Positions 27,509-35,921 of a stretch of 64,000 bases of DNA are shown here, one piece after another. Source of the DNA: Candidatus Saccharimonadales bacterium. Lineage in GTDB: Bacteria; Patescibacteriota; Saccharimonadia; Saccharimonadales; EFPC-124. The notes under the pieces are model-generated. The model had not been told where the DNA came from and did not search any database. It was given only the letters and a program-made list of their open reading frames with translations. The translations under genes and the position numbers were made by a program. Location: contig DATIBO010000006.1 of the NCBI GenBank assembly GCA_035457485.1, forward strand, positions 626,659 through 690,658, given 5' to 3'. Within the stretch, counting starts at the first letter, position 1, and every line of letters starts with the position of its first letter.

Positions 27509-27724
27509 ATGAAAACCAAAGTCATAAAATTTATTTTTGGTACGCTGCTGATTTTAATTGGCGCGACTTTAGTTTACGCGAGCCTTTGGGGTCGCATATT
27601 GCAAGGCGATTGGTCTTTAATCACATTGACTACATCTGGAATAATTATTGTAATTGCCGGTTTAATTTTAGCCAGCGGCAAAACTTTTAAAGAACTGATG
27701 GATTCGATAACTAACACCTTGTAG
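27509..27724 (+). CDS. Small two-TM membrane protein
   Basis: 71 aa with two hydrophobic helices. Confidence 0.4.
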   Translation: MKTKVIKFIFGTLLILIGATLVYASLWGRILQGDWSLITLTTSGIIIVIAGLILASGKTFKELMDSITNTL

Positions 27725-27828
27725 TCACTTAACGCACCCGAGGACTTGCATTCGCATACGCTGTTCAAAGCCAAGGCAGCGGTATACAATTTACTGTAGA
27801 CGGTAAAATAATTTTTGATTGGACATAA

Positions 27829-28431
27829 ATGGATAAAATAACATTAAAACAAATCCTAACTGGGATAGTCGTACTTTTGCTAGTAGGTAACCTTGGCTTT
27901 GGCTTGTTTTCGCTTATTCCACAAAAACAAGTCGCCTCAGACGACTATTCAATTAGCGTTGGTCCACAGTTTTTTGTAGCGATGAATCCAAAGAGTTTTA
28001 CTATCAACGTAGAGCAAGCCGGTAAACCAGTTGTAAATAAGCAACTACGTATCAGTTTCGAGGGTTTAAATCGTAAAACCAAACAAACAGGCCAACTTGC
28101 AAGCTTTTTGGCTACAACTGATCAAAACGGCAAGATAGTTACCGAAAGAATCACCGCAATTGCAGAATCGCGCAATTACGACGGACTTGTGTTCCACGAG
28201 ATGAAGATTTTTACTAGCGGATCAAGCTCGAGCCAACCAATTTTAGTTCAAGAATACAACGCAATTGGCACATTTCGTGCGCAGCTATTTTACGGACCAC
28301 AATTTTCGTGGACCGTAGGGTCTTTGGTGATTACTGCATTGGTTTGCTTGGTTGTTGTTCCGTGGCTTGGCTACATTAACGCCAAAGAAAAACTCGCTAA
28401 AAACAGTGGGCGTGTGGCTAGCAAAAAGTAG
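27829..28431 (+). CDS. Membrane-anchored protein with N- and C-terminal TM segments
   Basis: 200 aa. ..ILTGIVVLLLVGNLGFGLF.. and ..LVITALVCLVVVPWLGYI... Confidence 0.5.
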   Translation: MDKITLKQILTGIVVLLLVGNLGFGLFSLIPQKQVASDDYSISVGPQFFVAMNPKSFTINVEQAGKPVVNKQLRISFEGLNRKTKQTGQLASFLATTDQNGKIVTERITAIAESRNYDGLVFHEMKIFTSGSSSSQPILVQEYNAIGTFRAQLFYGPQFSWTVGSLVITALVCLVVVPWLGYINAKEKLAKNSGRVASKK

Positions 28432-28457
28432 CACCGTGATACTTCCACGAACTGCGT

Positions 28458-29235
28458 TTAGTCAGCGCTAAAAAAATTTCGCACTGCTTCGGCAATAAGA
28501 GCAGGCTCGCCTTTATTTATTCCGAAGTGATCCAGCCCTTTGAACTCTTTTAGATCCGAGTCGCTCATTACATTGCGTAACTTTTCAAGCGCTTGCTTTG
28601 TACTTTTAGGACTTTTGCCGCCAAAAAGTATCAACGCTTTCGCTTTGATCTGTTTATAATTAGAATGCGTACTGTCTAGTTTGGCAACTTCTTTGTGTTC
28701 CAATAGGTTAGCGGGTAACTGAGTAATGATCTCGCTTAGATCATCTTTCTGCATAATACGCGGTAATAACATCTTGAGCACCCAACTTGGGTTTAAGCGT
28801 GCCATCGGATCCATTGCCCTAATAAAAACAATAAACGCTTCGAGAGGCTTGTCTTGCTTAAGTTTTTGCTCGTATGCACCCATCCAGTCCATCGATATTG
28901 ATCCATCTACTGATACACCTGGTTCATACAATACGACTTTTTTAATATCACTGTTACTGCGCAAAAAATTCTAAACAAACTAGACCACCAAAACTATGAC
29001 CGACTAAGTACTGCTCATTAACAGCTTCCCTCACTGACGTAATAAAAACGTCAAGTCTATACGCTGCAAAAAGCTAGCGCTATAATTAGAGCAGTCATGT
29101 GTGTGCTGGTGGGGGATCATCTTCTTACATGCAGACTTTTACAAATTATGCCGCTACTAGGCGGTACTTTGCACCAAGGGTATACCGAACCTTTGGTTAC
29201 AAGTTTGACTCTGATTGGGATTGCGATCGAACGGT
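28458..29235 (-). pseudogene. Decayed alpha/beta-hydrolase gene (paralog of 60521-61306)
   Basis: The 168-aa ORF matches the C-terminal two thirds of the intact paralog (KVVLYEPGVS vs KLVVYEPPFS). The nucleophile elbow ..YLVGHSFGGLVCLEFFAQ* is encoded just upstream in another frame. The frame change falls in the A6 run 28963-28968. More stops lie further upstream. The upper boundary is approximate. Confidence 0.6.
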
Positions 29236-29338
29236 TTAAGCAATCTTTTACGGAGCGAGCATTAAAAAATAAAATCCGTTCGCTGAGGCTTCGGCCAAGG
29301 CTTGTTTTTACAAAACTATAAAGACAAGAGGTTGCATT

Positions 29339-29602
29339 ATGCAAAAGCGAACATTAAACGAAAAAGTTAATATAACCGGATGGTATTTCCGAAATCGCAA
29401 GGGCTTAAGCACTTACCCAAAGCGCATGGAGTACCAAGGTAGTACCTACACTTTCAATGAATCGGGTTTACAATACCTGATAAAAAAAGGGGAGAGGAGC
29501 TTGAGGATTTTCGATGTCACAGATGGTGCGTCGAAATTTCGGCTAATAAGTGACGAGGCTCAAATAGATTGGACCTTAGTTGCGATAAGCGAAAGTGTTT
29601 AA
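29339..29602 (+). CDS. Hypothetical small protein (87 aa)
   Basis: SD AAGAGG upstream and a terminator immediately downstream. No family recognised. Confidence 0.45.
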   Translation: MQKRTLNEKVNITGWYFRNRKGLSTYPKRMEYQGSTYTFNESGLQYLIKKGERSLRIFDVTDGASKFRLISDEAQIDWTLVAISESV

Positions 29603-29604
29603 AC

Positions 29605-29634
29605 AAAAGACCACTGAGTAATCGGTGGTCTTTT
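29605..29634. terminator. Bidirectional rho-independent terminator
   Basis: AAAAGACCAC tgagtaatcg GTGGTCTTTT. Confidence 0.75.
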
Positions 29635-29671
29635 TAATTAAAGGCTCTCTGGCAAACAGAGCGCTTCTTGT

Positions 29672-30097
29672 TTATCTTGCTATTTTTTTGTAGCTGGCTT
29701 TTCCAAATGCGATGATCGGGTAGCCGATGAAGCCGAATATTCCGATAAGGAAGAATCCAAAGGCGCCATCTTTGCCGAAGGCCTTTGCTACATCAATGGA
29801 GACGATGAAGTGGATAACGATGTTAACCAGTGGGATGAAATAAAGGATTAACCACCATCCTGGTCGATTGGCTACCTCAAGTAAAACCCAGATGTTATAA
29901 AAAGGAACGATCGAAGCCCAGCCAGGTTTGCCAGCTTTCACGAACACCTTCCATACTGAGACAATCATAAAGATAATGAACGCGAGGTAAAAAATCGTTC
30001 CCACTGGGCTGTAGCTTGGAGCTGCATAATACGAGCTATCAAGGTAGCCGTCGTTGTATAAAGTAGTGTCGTAAGTTGATGCTAAAAAGCTTTTCAT
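29672..30097 (-). CDS. Small polytopic membrane protein (DUF5684-like)
   Basis: Start trimmed to ATG 30097 (AAGGAAAATT upstream). ..WASIVPFYNIWVLLEVANRPGWW.. motif. Confidence 0.5.
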   Translation of the reverse strand: MKSFLASTYDTTLYNDGYLDSSYYAAPSYSPVGTIFYLAFIIFMIVSVWKVFVKAGKPGWASIVPFYNIWVLLEVANRPGWWLILYFIPLVNIVIHFIVSIDVAKAFGKDGAFGFFLIGIFGFIGYPIIAFGKASYKKIAR

Positions 30098-30186
30098 AAT
30101 TTTCCTTTTATTATGCTTATGTATTAATACTAAAAGATAAACTCTGCTTTGTAAATAAATTACAACGTTAACTCCTGCTATTTTAT

Positions 30187-30918
30187 TTGACAAACAACCC
30201 CAACTTAGTCAATCATGTGCTTGTGAAAGAAAAACAGCGTAGAACTTTTACCATAATTATTGCAGTTTTAGCTATTTGCCTGGGCCTGTTTTTCAGCAAT
30301 CAGCCTCCGCAAAGTAAGGTTGAGAGCGAACAAATATCAATAAATAGCGAGAATGCGCTGGTAGCTCTAGAAAAACTGCAAGTCAAAGGGCGCGCACCAA
30401 AAACTGATTACTCACGTGATCAGTTTGGTGATGGCTGGGACAGCTTAGATGGATGCGATGTCAGAAATCTAGTTTTAAAGCGTGATCTAACAGAATCTAA
30501 ATTTGATCAAGATGGATGTACTGTTTTGTCAGGGAAGTTACATGATCCGTACTCTGAAAAGCAGATAGACTTTACGAAAGGCGAGGCGACAAGTCAGCTC
30601 GTTCAGATAGACCACGTAGTAGCCTTATCTGATGCGTGGCAAAAAGGCGCCCAGGACTTAAGTGCTCAAAAACGCCAGGAACTTGCTAACGATTCGCTAA
30701 ATTTACTAGCGGTAGATGGTAAATTGAACCAGCAGAAAAGTGATAGCGACGCAGCTAGCTGGCTACCACCCAATAAAAATTATAGGTGCGCTTACGTTGC
30801 CAGGCAGATCGCAGTTAAGACTAAGTACTTACTCTGGGTTACGTCGGCCGAATACACAGCTTTGAAAAATGTTTTACAAGGATGTCCAGATCAGGTTTTG
30901 CCAGTCGAGTCAGGATGA
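30187..30918 (+). CDS. Membrane-anchored extracytoplasmic DUF1524 (His-Me finger/HNH-like) nuclease
   Basis: N-terminal TM. ..QIDHVVALSDAWQKGA.. ..NLLAVDGKLNQQKSDSD.. ..WLPPNKNYRCAYV... Start codon uncertain (TTG 30187). Confidence 0.7.
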   Translation: MTNNPNLVNHVLVKEKQRRTFTIIIAVLAICLGLFFSNQPPQSKVESEQISINSENALVALEKLQVKGRAPKTDYSRDQFGDGWDSLDGCDVRNLVLKRDLTESKFDQDGCTVLSGKLHDPYSEKQIDFTKGEATSQLVQIDHVVALSDAWQKGAQDLSAQKRQELANDSLNLLAVDGKLNQQKSDSDAASWLPPNKNYRCAYVARQIAVKTKYLLWVTSAEYTALKNVLQGCPDQVLPVESG

Positions 30919-32351
30919 AAACAACCACTCATGCTTCATGGCAAATTGCGGCCATGAGCTGGGGAGTAATTTGCGGCGCTGCGCTTTCGTGTTTTGTAAA
31001 CGTCGAAATTAATCTGTTGATCGTGGTTATTGGCATATTGGGTTGTATAGTATGTGTTGCGTTTAGGTTCGTCCTACTGTTGCCATTGGCTTTTGCTGGC
31101 GGCTTGCTTTTAGGAATGGCAGTGAACAACTTTCAATCTAATCAGATTGAAAAATATCAACCTATATACGGAAAACAGGTCTTAGTAACTGGCATTGTAT
31201 CCGAAGATGTTTCCAAGAACGAAAAAGATGAGCAACAGATTAAACTTACCCAAGTATCGGCAGCGGGTCAAAATTTAAGCGGTGTAATTTGGCTAAGTAC
31301 GCGCGATGGCAACTTAATAAAACGTGGTGATTTTATAGCAGCACAAGGCAAACTTGACCACGGATTTGGCAATATTCCGGCCTCAATCTTCAAAGCCAAA
31401 ATTATAAAGGTAGAGCAACCTGTGCCGGGTGACTTAGCGCGCATCGCCCGAGATTGGTTCGCGGATGCAGTTCGCATAGCGATACCATCGCCACAGGTAG
31501 ACCTTGGGTTGGGTTATCTGCTTGGGCAGCAGAATGAGCTTCCACACGACTTGAATGAAAAACTTAAGCTCCTCGGGTTAACACATGTCGTCGTAGCAAG
31601 TGGCTACAATCTTACAATTTTGGTAAGGTTTGCTCGCAAAAGTTTTTTAAATATCTCTAAACGATTGTCGGTGCTAGTAACCTCCGCTATGATAATCGGA
31701 TTTGTTTTAATGACCGGCTTTAGCCCAAGTATGAGTAGAGCTGCAATTGTGACAGGCCTGTGTTTAGCGGCCTGGTATTATGGACGCAATATTCATCCGC
31801 TAGTTTTGCTACCATTTGTAGCCGCAACAACCCTATTATTAAATCCCGGTTCAATTAACGGCGACTTAGGCTGGTACTTATCGTTTGGGTCATTTGCAGG
31901 GGTTATTATTTTAGCACCACTCGTCAATTCGTTCTTTTGGCGCAACAAAGATCCTGGCATTTTACGCGAAATTTTCGTTGGTACTCTGTGCGCCCAGATT
32001 GTAACGTTGCCAATTATCCTGCTTTATTTTGGCCAATATTCACCACTGGCACTTTTTGCGAATGTGATGATTCTACCTCTCATACCCCCCGCGATGCTGT
32101 TTATATTTTTGGCTGGGATCTCAGGAATATTGGTACCAAATTTTGCGGAGATTTTAGGCTTACCGGCATTCTGGATATTAAAATATATGACCAGTATCGT
32201 CGACTGGATAGCAAGCATACCATTCGCAAAAGGTGAGGTACACTTTAATGTCCTCTCGCTGATTTTTAGCTATACAGTTATCGTAATCTTAACTTTATTC
32301 TTATGGCGCGCTACAAAATTCAACTTTTACAAAAGTAGTGTCTTGGAATAG
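30915..32351 (+). CDS. comEC: Competence channel protein ComEC/Rec2, lacking the C-terminal metallo-beta-lactamase domain
   Basis: ..GLTHVVVASGYNLTIL.., N-terminal OB-like region, about 10 TM. The protein ends right after the TM core (478 aa from ATG 30915). ATGA overlap with the nuclease gene. Confidence 0.8.
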   Translation: MKTTTHASWQIAAMSWGVICGAALSCFVNVEINLLIVVIGILGCIVCVAFRFVLLLPLAFAGGLLLGMAVNNFQSNQIEKYQPIYGKQVLVTGIVSEDVSKNEKDEQQIKLTQVSAAGQNLSGVIWLSTRDGNLIKRGDFIAAQGKLDHGFGNIPASIFKAKIIKVEQPVPGDLARIARDWFADAVRIAIPSPQVDLGLGYLLGQQNELPHDLNEKLKLLGLTHVVVASGYNLTILVRFARKSFLNISKRLSVLVTSAMIIGFVLMTGFSPSMSRAAIVTGLCLAAWYYGRNIHPLVLLPFVAATTLLLNPGSINGDLGWYLSFGSFAGVIILAPLVNSFFWRNKDPGILREIFVGTLCAQIVTLPIILLYFGQYSPLALFANVMILPLIPPAMLFIFLAGISGILVPNFAEILGLPAFWILKYMTSIVDWIASIPFAKGEVHFNVLSLIFSYTVIVILTLFLWRATKFNFYKSSVLE

Positions 32352-32440
32352 TTTTCCACAATTTAAAAATTGGCATTGACAGCCGAGGCAACCTTTAACA
32401 AAATACGGCTATCACAAAACTAACCAAAAAGTTTAACGAC

Positions 32441-33919
32441 ATGACCAGAGCTGCCGTAGTATTTTTATTTGTATTTTTAAGTTTGGCTTTAACTGAACCA
32501 GCGACCGCACAATCAGAGCCCAGTCTTTTAATTAGCGAGTTTCAAACTGGTAGCGATAAAGTTGGTGAACGACCCGCGAGCTGCCTAGAAAGCGAATACG
32601 ACGCCGGCAAATTAGAGTTCGTGGAGCTTTATAATCCAAGCGATTACGCGCTTGATCTAACAGGAATAAAATTGGAATTCGTGACCGAGTCTGGTCTCAC
32701 AGTGCGCCACGTGGCTACCTTACAAGGCCAGGTCCAGGCGAAAAGTTTATTTTTAATAACCTACAAATGCTACCTGCAAGATTTGGCGGATATGTTTTTT
32801 AACGGGTCAACTCAAAAGGATATTTTTCCTAAAACCAGTGGTGGATATCTAAGGTTGGTTGATCAAAGTGGGTCACTAATAGATCAAGTTAGTTGGGCTA
32901 AAGCAACCGCAATTAGCGGATGGTGGCACGAGCCAAAAGCGATTAGCCACGACTACTCTATAAACAGGGTTTTTAGCAACAACTCTTTTAGCACCCAAAT
33001 CACACCCACCACACCAAAAGCTGCGTTCGCTCAAAATAATCCTCAGACCGAGCCAGAAGAAGAACCTGAGCCAGAACCATCCCCAGAAACTACAGAGCCG
33101 GAGACAGAAGCTAATAATCTTTGCGATGGTATAGTTTTGAGCGAGATCCTGCCCAACCCCACGGGTGAAGATTCGGGCGCAGAGTTCATTGAAATACACA
33201 ACCCAACAGACAAGCCAATCCATTTACTAGGCTGTGCTCTAAAACTCGAAAACAGCACAAAGCAGTTTAATTTGCCCGATCTTCAAATTGCTCCAGATCA
33301 GTATATAGCTTTTTATAACTCGGAGACAAAACTTTCGTTAACAAACTCAAATAGTGTAACTGTTTGGTTGGTTACACAAACCAGCGAACAATCAGTAAAG
33401 TATGCGGATAACTTGGGTTCGGACATCTCGTGGTCGTTTATTGACGGTGCTTGGAAACAAACGCAAACGCCGACGCCAAATCACCCGAACAAGCTACTAG
33501 TCCTAGCGGAAGCCACAGAGCAACATTTAGCCCAATGCGAACCCGGTAAAATACGTAACCCCGAGACCAATCGCTGCAAAAGCACTCAATCACAACCTGT
33601 AATTACGCCATGCGCTCCTGGACAAGAACGCAACTCGAACACTAACAGATGCAGAACAATTGCGGCCGCCAGCACGCAGCCAAAACCTTGCCCAGAAGGC
33701 CAGGAAAGAAACACGGATACAAACCGCTGTCGTAAGATTTTAGGAGCCAGCACAAACTTACCCAGCGTTAAAGACATTCCTTCGGTGCCATCACAAAATT
33801 CAACAGTGTTTTGGGTAATTGGTGCACTATTTGCCGCGGGCGTAGTTTACTGCATTTATGAGTGGAGGCAAACGGTTGCAAGAGCATTAAATAATCTTAA
33901 AACAAGGCTAAGTAAATAA
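32441..33919 (+). CDS. Secreted, C-terminally anchored protein with two lamin-tail (LTD) domains and three Cys-bracketed repeats
   Basis: Signal peptide. LTD signatures ..LLISEF..EFVELYNPSDYALDLTG.. and ..VLSEILPNP..AEFIEIHNPTDKPIHL... Three C-x2-G-x2-RN-x2-TNRC repeats, then a C-terminal TM. Confidence 0.75.
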   Translation: MTRAAVVFLFVFLSLALTEPATAQSEPSLLISEFQTGSDKVGERPASCLESEYDAGKLEFVELYNPSDYALDLTGIKLEFVTESGLTVRHVATLQGQVQAKSLFLITYKCYLQDLADMFFNGSTQKDIFPKTSGGYLRLVDQSGSLIDQVSWAKATAISGWWHEPKAISHDYSINRVFSNNSFSTQITPTTPKAAFAQNNPQTEPEEEPEPEPSPETTEPETEANNLCDGIVLSEILPNPTGEDSGAEFIEIHNPTDKPIHLLGCALKLENSTKQFNLPDLQIAPDQYIAFYNSETKLSLTNSNSVTVWLVTQTSEQSVKYADNLGSDISWSFIDGAWKQTQTPTPNHPNKLLVLAEATEQHLAQCEPGKIRNPETNRCKSTQSQPVITPCAPGQERNSNTNRCRTIAAASTQPKPCPEGQERNTDTNRCRKILGASTNLPSVKDIPSVPSQNSTVFWVIGALFAAGVVYCIYEWRQTVARALNNLKTRLSK

Positions 33920-33953
33920 TGTTGGTGGTAACCGGCAAGCCTCAGGTACCCAC

Positions 33954-35858
33954 TTAAGTAGCTCTAAAGGCCATAACTTTATAAACCTCAGATGGAGGAT
34001 CGCAACCCAAAATACCTAAAACATTCACCCACGAAATTGCCAAGGTGTTAGCTGCACTCACTCTGGCTCCAATCATTCCACAACCGTTAGTTAACGAGGG
34101 TTTGTTTACAATAACCGTGTCGTCTGTGGTCAATCCATTTACGGTAAATGTTTGCTCGCTAGTGGATGCTGCTGGAACGTTTGCAGGATTAATAGTCGGC
34201 GCATAGTACCTAATCTGTGTAATCGCAGTTCCCGAAGCACCCACAGTCAACCCAGAAGAGACTTCTGCGTTTGTCGTCTGTGTTCTATTGGCAGAAGTGT
34301 CTACATTAAACACGTTAGTGCTGGATGAGTTTTGAACAGTGAAAGCGTTGGTTCCGTTGGTATCGTTCCTGAAAATCGTATTATCACCAGTAAATACTTG
34401 AGAATCTCGACTAAGAAGCGCAACGTTACTACTCAGGCGTGCATCCGCTAAAGTTCCGCTAGAAATATTGCTCGCATTTAAGCTAGTTAATGCGGATCCA
34501 TTGAGGGCGGGGAGCAAACCAGATCCATCGAGCTGAACAAGTTGTCCGGCGGCGTTAAAGCTATTTCCCTGCAATGTCACATTAGTGCTCAACCTTGCGT
34601 CGCCAACAGTACCCGTTGCCAAACTAGAAGCATTAAGATTAGTAAGGTTCTCACCGGAGATTACAGGCAAAACCCCGCCCGCGGTGGTTTGAACCAATTG
34701 GCTCGTGCCGTTAAAAGTATTGCCCTGCGTAGTAACATTTGAGCTCAGCCTAGAATCATTCAAGGTACCACTGCTAATATTACTAGCATTCAATCCCGTT
34801 AGACTACTGCCAACCCCAACAAAATTACCGGCGATTACTGTTCCGCTAACATTTATGTGACCAGTTTGAGGGGTGCCGGGCGTAACGGCTTGCAGATCAA
34901 CACAGTCAGTACACCCAACAGGTAGGTTAGTAAGATTGGCGCCCGAAACCGCAGGTAATGCACCTGAGCCATCTAGCTGCACAAGCTGATTGACACCATT
35001 AAATGTGTTGCCTTGAACGGTCACGGTTGAGTTTAATCTTAAATTAGACAAAGTTCCTGTGGTGATCTGAGATGCATTAATACTGGTCAAGTTTGCGCCC
35101 GAAAGAACTGGCAATTCGCCGCTACCATTTGTTTGCACCAGCTGACTATTGCCGTTGAAGTTGTTGCCCTGTAATGTAACACTCGAACTAAGCAATCCAT
35201 TGGCGACAGTACCTACTAAATTACCCGCGCTCAAAGAAGTTAAGCTTGAACCGTTTCCTTGAAAGCTGCTAGCAACTACTCCATTTACATAAACATAGCC
35301 AGATTCCTGAGTGGTGGGCGAAACTTGGAGCGAGACACATGAGCCATTGGGACAAGAGGCTACGCCGTTTGTTCCATCTTGGCCAGCGGGTCCTTGCGCG
35401 CCAGCTACACCCTGAACACCTTGGATTCCTTGAGGTCCTTGAATTCCGGCAATTCCATCGGTTCCATCGGTTCCATCCAACCCGTCATCTCCATCCTCGC
35501 CATCTACTCCATTGATGCCATCCAGCCCTGGTACTCCCTGTGAACCCGCCGGGCCGATCGCTAAAGTTGCATCTTGATTACTGTTGCCCAGTTCCTGAAC
35601 TTGCAAAGTCGGATCATCCAACGTGGTCGTATCTAGCTGGGCAACCTGTTCGATACTTGCAGGATTGTTCGAGACTTGCTCTGCCAGATTTTTATAAACG
35701 CTAAAAAGCACATCCATACTGGTAGATTTGCGGTAAACATCAAACGTCAGTAGCAAAATTGCCACCACTACTGCCGCACTGAGCAAGCCAAAAAGAACGT
35801 TTTTACGCCTTTTTGCCGCTGATTTGCTACTGATATTGGATTCGCTCGTTGAGCGCAT
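33954..35858 (-). CDS. Membrane-anchored collagen-like fibre protein with tail-fibre-type repeats
   Basis: N-terminal TM. About 20 G-X-Y triplets (..GPAGSQGVPGLDGINGVDGEDGDDGLDGTDGTDG..). Four ..QGNxFNGxxQLVQ..SG.LP..SG.NLT.LNAS.. repeats and a C-terminal globular domain. Confidence 0.75.
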   Translation of the reverse strand: MRSTSESNISSKSAAKRRKNVLFGLLSAAVVVAILLLTFDVYRKSTSMDVLFSVYKNLAEQVSNNPASIEQVAQLDTTTLDDPTLQVQELGNSNQDATLAIGPAGSQGVPGLDGINGVDGEDGDDGLDGTDGTDGIAGIQGPQGIQGVQGVAGAQGPAGQDGTNGVASCPNGSCVSLQVSPTTQESGYVYVNGVVASSFQGNGSSLTSLSAGNLVGTVANGLLSSSVTLQGNNFNGNSQLVQTNGSGELPVLSGANLTSINASQITTGTLSNLRLNSTVTVQGNTFNGVNQLVQLDGSGALPAVSGANLTNLPVGCTDCVDLQAVTPGTPQTGHINVSGTVIAGNFVGVGSSLTGLNASNISSGTLNDSRLSSNVTTQGNTFNGTSQLVQTTAGGVLPVISGENLTNLNASSLATGTVGDARLSTNVTLQGNSFNAAGQLVQLDGSGLLPALNGSALTSLNASNISSGTLADARLSSNVALLSRDSQVFTGDNTIFRNDTNGTNAFTVQNSSSTNVFNVDTSANRTQTTNAEVSSGLTVGASGTAITQIRYYAPTINPANVPAASTSEQTFTVNGLTTDDTVIVNKPSLTNGCGMIGARVSAANTLAISWVNVLGILGCDPPSEVYKVMAFRAT

Positions 35859-35921
35859 GGTATTTGTTTTAGTTACTTAACTTACATATATAAGTTTAGT
35901 TAAGTTTTCTCAAAAATACCA

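Noticed and set aside
27302-30200. A tRNA-targeted genomic island downstream of the class-II tRNA.
   Set aside because: The region is full of small orphan ORFs and a pseudogene. However, I found no integrase and no direct repeat of the tRNA 3' end to mark a boundary.
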